This document shows positions 30,453 to 37,513 of a stretch of DNA of 52,959 nt, in pieces. The position numbers were made by a program, and so were the translations under genes. Every line of letters starts with the position of its first letter. The stretch's first letter is position 1. The notes beneath the pieces are model-generated. The model was given only the letters and a program-made list of their open reading frames with translations. It did not search any database and had not been told where the DNA came from. The DNA comes from an uncultured Devosiaceae bacterium (GTDB lineage Bacteria; Pseudomonadota; Alphaproteobacteria; Rhizobiales; Devosiaceae): NCBI GenBank assembly GCA_964572555.1, contig CAZNHG010000001.1:1-52959 (forward strand), written 5' to 3'.

Positions 30453-32354
30453 ATGCGCAAGTTTGCACCGGTTGATTTCACCAAGGTCACGCTGACCGGC
30501 GATTTCTGGAAGGAGCGGCTGGAGACCGTGCTCACGAGCACCATCCCTAGTCAGTACAACAAGCTCGTCGAATACAACATGATCGACGAGCTCGACATTC
30601 ACCAGCCGCCGCCACCCCTGACCATTCCGGCCAACAAGAGCGGTTTCACCACCCAGATCTTCTGGGATTCGGATATCGGCAAGTGGATCGAGGCGGCGAG
30701 CTATGCGCTGGCGCACCGGCGCGACGAGAAGATTGAGGCGCAGATCGACGAGATCGTCGACAAGCTGGAGCGGGCCCAGCTTGAGGACGGCTACCTCAAC
30801 ATCTGGTACATCTCGCGCGAGCTGGACAAGCGCTGGAGCAATCTGCGCGACAATCACGAACTCTACAATGCCGGCCACCTGCTCGAGGGCGCGATCGCGT
30901 ATTATCGGGTGACGGGGCGGCGCAAGCTGCTCGACGTGATGGAGCGTTATCTCGATCACATCCGGGCCACCTTCGGCACGGGAGACGGGCAGAAGCGCGG
31001 ATATCCGGGGCATCAGGAAATCGAGATCGGGCTGGTCAAGCTCTATCACCTGACCGGCGAGCGGAAGCAGCTCGACCTTGCCGCCTACTTCATCGACGAG
31101 CGCGGCAGCGAGCCGCACTATTTCGACGAGGAAGCCAGGGCGCGCGGTGCCGATCCGGCGAGCTATCACTTCGGCACGCACGAATACAGCCAGTCGCACA
31201 AGCCCGTGCGCGAGCAGGACAAGGTGGTCGGACACGCCGTGCGGGCCATGTACATGTACACGGCCATGGCCGACCTTGCCGCCGATCTCGACGACGACGC
31301 GTTGAGGCGGGCTTGCGAGGTGCTCTGGGACGACGTGACCTCAACCCGCATGTATGTCACCGGCGGGTTCGGGCCCTCGGCGTCCAACGAAGGCTTCACC
31401 ACCGACTACGACCTTCCCAACGACACGGCCTATGCCGAGACCTGCGCGTCGGTCGCCATGATCTTCTGGGCCCAGCGCATGCTCAATCTCGATCTCGATG
31501 GCCGCTACGCCGACATCATGGAGCTGGCGCTGTTCAACGGCGCGCTGTCGGGCCTGTCGCGTGACGGCGAGCACTATTTCTACGAGAACAAGCTCGAGAG
31601 TGACGGCAGCCATCGCCGGTGGGAGTGGCATCCGTGCCCGTGCTGCACCATGAATGCGTCGCGGCTGGTGGCTTCTGTCGGCGGCTATTTCTATTCGGTG
31701 GGCGACAACGTCATCGCCATGCATCTTTACGGCGGCAATACCGCGACACTCGAGATGAACGGGCGGCAGGTGACACTTGCCGAGGAGAGTACTTATCCGT
31801 GGTCCGGCGCGATCCGTATCACTGTCGAGCCGGAAGGGAGCGGTGCCTTCAGTCTCAAGCTGCGGATTCCGGAATGGGTGCAGGGTGCGACGGCCGCCGT
31901 GAACGGCGAGAAGATCGAGGTCTCCGCTCAGTCAAAGAACGGGTACCTGGATATCACGCGGGACTGGCAGAAGGGCGATGTCGTCGAACTCGACCTGCCC
32001 ATGCAGCCCCGGCGCCTGTTTGCCAATCCCCAGGTCCGCATGGATCTCGGACGCGTGACGCTGCGGCGCGGGCCGCTGGTGTTCTGCCTCGAGCAGGCGG
32101 ACAATGCGGATGCGCCGGTAACCCGGCTGACCCTGCCGCGCGACGCCGAAATCACCACAAAACAAAGCGATCTGTTTGACGGCATCGTAACGCTACAGGC
32201 CCGGGGAGGGGCGACGAGCGCGCAAGACTGGGGCAACACGCTCTATCGCACGACGCCGCCCGAGCAGGAACCTGCAACACTCACGGCCATTCCGTATTAT
32301 CTGTGGGCCAACCGCGAACCGGGACCGATGACTGTCTGGATCCGTGAAGAGTGA
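30453..32354 (+). CDS. glycoside hydrolase family 127 (beta-L-arabinofuranosidase, DUF1680/HypBA1-like)
   Basis: ATG at 30453 with a GGAGA RBS; 633 aa. Cys-rich catalytic/Zn motif WEWHPCPCCTMNASR, plus the HELYNAGHLLEGAIAY and GYPGHQEIE blocks typical of GH127. Confidence 0.88.
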   Translation: MRKFAPVDFTKVTLTGDFWKERLETVLTSTIPSQYNKLVEYNMIDELDIHQPPPPLTIPANKSGFTTQIFWDSDIGKWIEAASYALAHRRDEKIEAQIDEIVDKLERAQLEDGYLNIWYISRELDKRWSNLRDNHELYNAGHLLEGAIAYYRVTGRRKLLDVMERYLDHIRATFGTGDGQKRGYPGHQEIEIGLVKLYHLTGERKQLDLAAYFIDERGSEPHYFDEEARARGADPASYHFGTHEYSQSHKPVREQDKVVGHAVRAMYMYTAMADLAADLDDDALRRACEVLWDDVTSTRMYVTGGFGPSASNEGFTTDYDLPNDTAYAETCASVAMIFWAQRMLNLDLDGRYADIMELALFNGALSGLSRDGEHYFYENKLESDGSHRRWEWHPCPCCTMNASRLVASVGGYFYSVGDNVIAMHLYGGNTATLEMNGRQVTLAEESTYPWSGAIRITVEPEGSGAFSLKLRIPEWVQGATAAVNGEKIEVSAQSKNGYLDITRDWQKGDVVELDLPMQPRRLFANPQVRMDLGRVTLRRGPLVFCLEQADNADAPVTRLTLPRDAEITTKQSDLFDGIVTLQARGGATSAQDWGNTLYRTTPPEQEPATLTAIPYYLWANREPGPMTVWIREE

Positions 32355-32383
32355 GCGCGACCGGCCTTGAAGGGGAGGAGACC

Positions 32384-33463
32384 ATGGCACACGTCGAACT
32401 GAACCATCTGCACAAGCAATTCGGCGCCGTCGAGGTCATCCGCGACCTCAGCCTCGGGGTTGAGGCCGGCGAGTTCTGTGCGCTGCTCGGCCCGTCGGGC
32501 TGTGGCAAGTCCACGCTGCTGCGCATGATCGCGGGACTGGAAACCGTGACGTCGGGAAGCGTGGTGATAAACGGGCGGGACGTCACCCAGGTGCCGCCCG
32601 CCAGGCGCCAGATATCGATGGTGTTCCAGTCCTATGCGCTCTATCCGCACATGACGGTGCGCCAGAACATCTCGTTCGGCCTCGATATCGCGGGTGTGCC
32701 CAAGCAGGAGATGAACAAGAAGACCGACGAGGCGGCGCAACTGCTGCAGCTCGATGCGCTGATGGACCGCAAGCCGGCCCAGCTTTCGGGCGGCCAGCGC
32801 CAACGCGTCGCCATCGGACGGGCGCTGGTGCGCGATCCGGAGGTCTTTCTGTTCGACGAACCGCTGTCGAATCTCGACGCCAAGCTGCGCGTTCAGATGC
32901 GGCTGGAGCTCGCCAAGCTTCACCAGGAGATCGAGACGACGATGGTCTATGTCACCCACGACCAGATCGAGGCGATGACGCTGGCCAACAGGATCGTGGT
33001 GCTCGACGAGGGGCGGATCGCGCAGGTCGGCACGCCGCTCGATCTCTATCACCGGCCGGAGAACAAGTTCGTGGCCGCCTTCATCGGCTCGCCCGCCATG
33101 AACTTCATCAATGTGGCCGCGACGGGTGTCGACGGCCGGCGTGTGAAGATCGACCTCGGCGCCGGAGCGGTCGAGGTCGACATGCGGCACGACGGCAGTG
33201 GTGCCGGTTCGGACCTGGAACTCGGCGTGCGTCCCGAACATCTGACACCGACCAATCCGGGGGCGGTCGATGCCGTGCTCGACGGCAAGATCAGCATGCT
33301 GGAACGACTGGGGAACGTGACGATCCTTTATGTCGATACGGCAGCGGGCTCGTTCGTGGTGGAGGGCGACAGCGAGTCGACGGCGCAGATCGGGGATGCG
33401 GTGGGCTTGGCGTTCGATACCAAGCGCACGCATCTGTTCGCGCCGGACGGGGCGGTTCTCTAG
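32384..33463 (+). CDS. ugpC: sugar ABC transporter ATP-binding protein (UgpC/MalK type)
   Basis: ATG at 32384 after a GGGGAGGAG RBS. Walker A GPSGCGKST, signature LSGGQRQRVAIGRAL, Walker B FLFDEPLSNLD, and a C-terminal TOBE-like domain. Confidence 0.9.
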   Translation: MAHVELNHLHKQFGAVEVIRDLSLGVEAGEFCALLGPSGCGKSTLLRMIAGLETVTSGSVVINGRDVTQVPPARRQISMVFQSYALYPHMTVRQNISFGLDIAGVPKQEMNKKTDEAAQLLQLDALMDRKPAQLSGGQRQRVAIGRALVRDPEVFLFDEPLSNLDAKLRVQMRLELAKLHQEIETTMVYVTHDQIEAMTLANRIVVLDEGRIAQVGTPLDLYHRPENKFVAAFIGSPAMNFINVAATGVDGRRVKIDLGAGAVEVDMRHDGSGAGSDLELGVRPEHLTPTNPGAVDAVLDGKISMLERLGNVTILYVDTAAGSFVVEGDSESTAQIGDAVGLAFDTKRTHLFAPDGAVL

Positions 33464-33535
33464 TTTCGTGAAGACGGGAAGGTGGCTGGAAGGGGACGGC
33501 TAGCGCCTTGAAAACACGGCAGAGTTTTCCGAAAT

Positions 33536-33552
33536 CTTGGAACATTTCTAAG
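33536..33552 (+). promoter_or_regulatory. ICE/Irr-box-like motif, copy A (CTTGGAA-CAT-TTCTAAG)
   Basis: 3 mismatches to TTTAGAA-N3-TTCTAAA. It sits 29 nt upstream of the -35-like hexamer. Confidence 0.35.
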
Positions 33553-33580
33553 GTATAAGTCATTGTAATATATACGCTTC

Positions 33581-33608
33581 TTGACTTGGTGCAGGGCGCC
33601 GCTATAAC
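33581..33608 (+). promoter_or_regulatory. sigma70-like promoter, copy A (TTGACT-N16-TATAAC), now upstream of the AraC gene
   Basis: The hexamers and spacing are conserved in both repeat copies. Confidence 0.45.
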
Positions 33609-33652
33609 GGGGCAGTCCTGTTTGGGTCTTGAGCCCAGGTTGGGAAGTGCAC

Positions 33653-33688
33653 ATCACCTCCACCCCGCGCCCGGCCGATGCGGCGGGC
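33653..33688 (+). pseudogene. relic of the fhuF 5' end (ATC ACC TCC ACC CCG CGC CCG GCC GAT GCG GCG GGC = ITSTPRPADAAG)
   Basis: Matches the first 12 codons of the real fhuF at 35500 (MTSTPRPAATAG). The start codon is mutated ATG->ATC, and the frame ends at a TAA overlapping the AraC start codon (33716-33718). Confidence 0.5.
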
Positions 33689-33717
33689 CAACGCAGAACG
33701 AACTATACGGATTGGTA

Positions 33718-34662
33718 ATGTACACGACTTCTGAACCGGTGGGTTCCATTGCCCGGCCGGACATCGATGCACTTTTACAATCCGTGTGCGCCTTGGCCGA
33801 AGGTGAAGGCGTGACAGTGACACCGCTGCCCAATGTCTGGGTGATGAAGATGAGCCAGCAGGCACCCTATCATCGAGGGCGGAATGCCGGCATGTCCCTG
33901 GCGGTTGCCGCCTCCGGCCAAAAATCGGTCGTGATCGGGAACGGCCATCTCGTTAACGACGCTAGCCGGTATCTGGTGCTGCATGGCGAACAGTCCTATG
34001 ACGCGGTTGTTGAAGCCTCGGAGAATGAGCCCTACATCGCGCTCAAGCTGCAATTGCCGCCGGAACTGGTGGCAAGAACGCTGATCGAGCTTGCCGACAC
34101 CGGATATGCGCCATCGAATGCGGCTTTGACATCTCAGCCGACGGCTTTCTGCGACGATCTGACGACAGACTTCGCCGCCTCTTTGCTACGCTTGGTCCGT
34201 TCGTTCGACGATCCCGCCGACTGTCGGATGCTGGCCTCTCCCTGTCTGCGCGAGATCTGCTACAGGCTGCTGCGCTCCGATGCCGCCGGCATGCTCAGGG
34301 CGTCCGTCACGCGCGAAGACACGAAACTCATCGCGGCCATGCGCCTTATCGAGGACGACGCCACGGGCAGCCTGACCGTGGCGGATATCGCATCGAATGT
34401 GGCGATGAGCCCGTCGCATTTCGCGCATCGGTTTCGTTCCTGCTTCGGTGTATCGCCCATACGTTACCACAAACAGATCCGTCTCGAACGAGCGCGGCTT
34501 TTGCTCCTGGACACGGCTGCCACGGTTTCCATGGCAGCCGAGGAGGCAGGCTACGCCAGCGATGCCCATTTCACGCGGGACTTCAAGGCGCTGTTCGGGC
34601 TTTCTCCACGCGCCTATGCCCGCAACATGCAGGCGAAACTTGCCCCGGTCGGCAAACGCTAA
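33718..34662 (+). CDS. AraC family transcriptional regulator (AraC_N-type ligand domain plus a double HTH)
   Basis: 314 aa from the ATG at 33718. C-terminal HFAHRFRSCFGVSPIRYHKQIRLERARLLL and GYASDAHFTRDFKALFGLSPRAY. Confidence 0.85.
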   Translation: MYTTSEPVGSIARPDIDALLQSVCALAEGEGVTVTPLPNVWVMKMSQQAPYHRGRNAGMSLAVAASGQKSVVIGNGHLVNDASRYLVLHGEQSYDAVVEASENEPYIALKLQLPPELVARTLIELADTGYAPSNAALTSQPTAFCDDLTTDFAASLLRLVRSFDDPADCRMLASPCLREICYRLLRSDAAGMLRASVTREDTKLIAAMRLIEDDATGSLTVADIASNVAMSPSHFAHRFRSCFGVSPIRYHKQIRLERARLLLLDTAATVSMAAEEAGYASDAHFTRDFKALFGLSPRAYARNMQAKLAPVGKR

Positions 34663-34780
34663 GCGGCTTTTTGTCTTTCGCAGGATCAGGCATTCTTTCC
34701 GAAGAAACCGGTATGGGCGCGATGTCCGGCCAGTCTTATCAGCACCAGATGTTTAATGCTGAAAGACCGGAAGGAAAGAA

Positions 34781-35068
34781 ATGTCGGTTCAAGTTGTCGT
34801 TCAATTCAAAGCCCTGGCGGAGAAGCAGGCCGCGTTCGAAGCGATTATGGAGTCGGTCAAGGCCGATCTGCCGAAGGTGCCCGGCTGCCTGGGTGTTTCC
34901 GTTATGCAGGATATCGACGATCCCTGCAGATTTACGCTGGTCGAGACCTGGGAAAGCCAGGACAGGCACAAAGCCCACATTGGGAAGCTGATCGCGGATG
35001 GGACGTGGGCCGGCATTGAGAGTCATCTCGATGACCAGCCGGGTTCGGGCTATTTCCGGCAAGTATGA
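34781..35068 (+). CDS. antibiotic-biosynthesis-monooxygenase (ABM) domain protein, YgiN-like putative quinol monooxygenase
   Basis: 95 aa. Ferredoxin-like ABM pattern VVVQFK...GCLGVSVMQDIDDPCRFTLVETWESQDRHKAH. GGAAGGAAAG RBS. Confidence 0.8.
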   Translation: MSVQVVVQFKALAEKQAAFEAIMESVKADLPKVPGCLGVSVMQDIDDPCRFTLVETWESQDRHKAHIGKLIADGTWAGIESHLDDQPGSGYFRQV

Positions 35069-35160
35069 CGCAACAGGTATGTCGAGGCGTCCGGCGGTCA
35101 ACCGACCGTTCCGGCGGCGGCACGGGATGACCGGATGCCTTCAACTGTGGCGTCTATGCC

Positions 35161-35192
35161 CGTCTCCTGCGCCCGTGACGGCGCAGGAGACG
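35161..35192 (+). terminator. perfect 13-bp stem hairpin (CGTCTCCTGCGCC-cgtgac-GGCGCAGGAGACG) downstream of the ABM gene
   Basis: Read directly. There is no U tract, so the terminator function is uncertain. Confidence 0.35.
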
Positions 35193-35255
35193 AGGGTCCG
35201 CGGCTTCACGGCATCGGTCCTTCTGTGAGAAAGGGGCAGGCGCGGCATAGGCGCG

Positions 35256-35297
35256 AAGCACACACACCTGTTCGCGCCGGACGGGGCTGTGCTCCAG
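35256..35297 (+). pseudogene. relic of the last 13 codons of a ugpC-type ATPase gene (KHTHLFAPDGAVL, stop replaced by CAG)
   Basis: AAG CAC ACA CAC CTG TTC GCG CCG GAC GGG GCT GTG CTC here, against AAG CGC ACG CAT CTG TTC GCG CCG GAC GGG GCG GTT CTC TAG at 33422-33463. No ATPase gene body lies upstream. Confidence 0.6.
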
Positions 35298-35382
35298 GGA
35301 CAGGACCTGGCGTATGCGGAAAGGGCGGAGCGGAGAGGCACCCGCCTTAGCGCATTGAAAAACTGGTAGAGTTTCCTTCGAG

Positions 35383-35399
35383 TTTGGAACCTTTCTAAA
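35383..35399 (+). promoter_or_regulatory. ICE/Irr-box-like motif, copy B (TTTGGAA-CCT-TTCTAAA)
   Basis: 1 mismatch to TTTAGAA-N3-TTCTAAA. It sits 29 nt upstream of the -35-like hexamer. Confidence 0.5.
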
Positions 35400-35427
35400 C
35401 AATAAGTCATTGTAATATATACGCTTC

Positions 35428-35455
35428 TTGACTTGGCAAAAGGCCCCGCTATAAC
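35428..35455 (+). promoter_or_regulatory. sigma70-like promoter, copy B (TTGACT-N16-TATAAC), upstream of fhuF
   Basis: Same hexamers and spacing as copy A. It lies 45 nt upstream of the fhuF ATG. Confidence 0.45.
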
Positions 35456-35499
35456 GGGACTGTCCTGTTTGGGCCTTGAACCCAGGTTTGGAAGTGCGC

Positions 35500-36375
35500 A
35501 TGACCTCTACCCCGCGTCCTGCCGCTACGGCGGGCGAACTGTCACACAGCCTCGACGCGATAATCGCCGGTCTTGCCAGGCGGGTCGACGCGGTGTCGCC
35601 TGTGCGGCCGGGGGATCGGGATGGTGCCGTCGCCATTGCACGGGTTGCGTCCGCGGGAACGCCTTACGCTGCCGAGTGGCTGGCGGGCGAGGGGGCAGCG
35701 GTTCCCGGCGCGGACGACCGGACACGGGCCGCGTTCCTGATCGGGCGTCTCAGTTGGACCCTTGCGGGGTTCTGTGCCGGAGCGAGCCTGACGGGTGTGT
35801 CGCTGCCGCTCTTCGGGCCCGAGGACGTGTTCATCGCGCCCGAGCGCTTCACCTGGCACTACCAGGGTCAGTCGGGAGAGGCCATACGCTATCGCCTGTC
35901 TGTTGCCGGTGCACCGGAGACGGCCGCCGGCGACACCGGCCGGATCGAGACCATCCGCAAGAGCCTGGAGGCGGTTCATGCGCCGCTGATCGACGCGGTC
36001 GCAGCGCGAACCGGACTGTCGCGCGGTGCGCAGTGGCGCATCGTGGCGGACTCGGTCGCCGGCGCGTTTCTTCATGTCGGCAACCAACTTGGGTGCGCGG
36101 AACTGGCCATGGAAAGGGGGCAGGCGATACTGGCAGCGCCAAACTCGCCGCTGCGCAATCGAAAGACCGGTTATGTGCGCGTCGAGCTGCCCGATCCCGC
36201 CGGCGCGGAGCGGGTGTTGTTCGCCGACTGGTACTGCAGCCGTGGCGGGTGCTGCCGGTATTACTCGGTGCCCGGCGGCTCCTTCTGCGCGACGTGCGTT
36301 CTGCGCAAGCCCAGGGATCGCGATGCGCTCCTGCGGGCCGACCTCGAACGACGCTACCTGCTGGAAGCGCCGTGA
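35500..36375 (+). CDS. fhuF: siderophore-iron reductase, FhuF family (2Fe-2S)
   Basis: 291 aa from the ATG at 35500; the track start at 35476 is a TTG. The C-terminal CC-x10-C-x2-C cluster motif is CCRYYSVPGGSFCATC. Confidence 0.8.
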   Translation: MTSTPRPAATAGELSHSLDAIIAGLARRVDAVSPVRPGDRDGAVAIARVASAGTPYAAEWLAGEGAAVPGADDRTRAAFLIGRLSWTLAGFCAGASLTGVSLPLFGPEDVFIAPERFTWHYQGQSGEAIRYRLSVAGAPETAAGDTGRIETIRKSLEAVHAPLIDAVAARTGLSRGAQWRIVADSVAGAFLHVGNQLGCAELAMERGQAILAAPNSPLRNRKTGYVRVELPDPAGAERVLFADWYCSRGGCCRYYSVPGGSFCATCVLRKPRDRDALLRADLERRYLLEAP

Positions 36376-36410
36376 CCTCCGATTTCTCAAAACCTTCCGG
36401 AGATGTTCCC

Positions 36411-37385
36411 ATGAAGTTTCTGTCCGTGCTGGCCGCGCTTGCTCTGGCCGTGGTTCCGGCCGCTGCGCACGCGCAGGACGCATTCCCCGTCGCTATCGAG
36501 CATGTTTACGGTTCCACCACGATCGAGGAGGCTCCCGAGCGTATCGTGACGTGGGGATGGGGCGCGCATGATGCGGCGATCGCGCTTGGCGCGGTGCCGG
36601 TCGCCATCCCGTATTTCGATTATGGCGGCGACGAGAACGGCATGCTGCCCTGGACGCTGGAAGCGCTTCGCGAGCGCGGCGCGGAGATGCCGGGCACGCT
36701 CGACAACGTCAACGACGAGCCGCCCGTCGAGCAAATCGCAGCGGCACGGCCGGACCTGATCATCGCGGTCTATTCGGGATTGACCGAGCAGCAGTACAAC
36801 ACGCTGAGCCGGATCGCGCCCGTGGTGGCCTATCCCGAGGAGCCCTGGGCCACACCGTGGCGCGATGTCATACGACTGACGGGCGAGGCGCTCGGCAAGG
36901 CGGACGAAGCTGACACGCTGGTAGGCGGCCTCGAGAATTTCATGGCGGCAGAGGCGAAAAAGAGGCCGGCCCTTGCCGGCACAACCTTTGCGGGGGTCGC
37001 GAGCTACAACGAAGAGATTGCCGTTTACGCCGAACGCGATCCGCGCATGGAGTTCCTGGAGGACCTGGGCATGCAACTGGCACCGAGCGTGACCGAGCTG
37101 GCACCGGAGAACGGCTCGTTCTTCTATTCTCTGAGCCTCGAAAGGGCGGACCAGCTCGTCTCGGATATCCTGATAGGTTATTTCGCGACGGAAGATGCCG
37201 GCGATGCCTTCTTCGGGCAGCCCACCGTCGAAGTCATGCCGCAGGTCGAGCAGGGTGCGATTGCCGCAGTCGTCGGCGAGGCCCTTGTCAGTTCCATCGG
37301 TCCGCCGACAGCATTGTCGCTCGAGTGGGGGCTTCCGCGCTATCTCGATATCGTGGCCGAGGCAGCGCGGCAGGCCGGTGACTAG
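36411..37385 (+). CDS. iron-siderophore ABC transporter substrate-binding protein (no cognate permease or ATPase nearby)
   Basis: 324 aa from the ATG at 36411, inside track ORF 35433..37385. Signal peptide MKFLSVLAALALAVVPAAAHA/QD. The ERIVTWGWG...RPDLIIAVYSG pattern fits class-8 (FhuD/FepB-like) binding proteins. Confidence 0.85.
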   Translation: MKFLSVLAALALAVVPAAAHAQDAFPVAIEHVYGSTTIEEAPERIVTWGWGAHDAAIALGAVPVAIPYFDYGGDENGMLPWTLEALRERGAEMPGTLDNVNDEPPVEQIAAARPDLIIAVYSGLTEQQYNTLSRIAPVVAYPEEPWATPWRDVIRLTGEALGKADEADTLVGGLENFMAAEAKKRPALAGTTFAGVASYNEEIAVYAERDPRMEFLEDLGMQLAPSVTELAPENGSFFYSLSLERADQLVSDILIGYFATEDAGDAFFGQPTVEVMPQVEQGAIAAVVGEALVSSIGPPTALSLEWGLPRYLDIVAEAARQAGD

Positions 37386-37513
37386 GTGCCCGAATGTAGC
37401 GAGCCGTGGAGTGCCGGAAACCCTAGAAATTGCTGTGGTCTGGGCGCATTGCCTCTTGTTTTTGCCGCATTGAATGGAAAGATTGCGCCGCAAAGCGGAA
37501 CCGACGAGAACCG

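Larger units (their letters stand above)
33422..33692 (+). repeat. direct repeat copy A: real ugpC 3' end, promoter region, then a relic of the fhuF 5' end
   Basis: Aligns with 35256-35539. It shares long identical runs such as TAAGTCATTGTAATATATACGCTTCTTGACTTGG, GCTATAACGGG, CCTGTTTGGG and CGGCGGGC. Confidence 0.8.
35256..35539 (+). repeat. direct repeat copy B: relic of the ugpC 3' end, promoter region, then the real fhuF 5' end
   Basis: Aligns with 33422-33692 (see copy A). Confidence 0.8.

Noticed and set aside
33557-33575. Conserved AT-rich block AAGTCATTGTAATATATAC, also at 35404-35422, considered as a Fur box or a RirA IRO box.
   Set aside because: It resembles the Fur consensus (GATAATGATAATCATTATC) only partially, and it has no TGA-N9-TCA arrangement. 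It is kept as an unassigned conserved operator-like block inside the repeat finding.
35433-37385. 650-aa ORF spanning fhuF and the siderophore-binding protein.
   Set aside because: The N-terminal 326 aa is an out-of-frame R/G/A-rich read through fhuF. The real gene begins at the ATG at 36411, which has a signal peptide.
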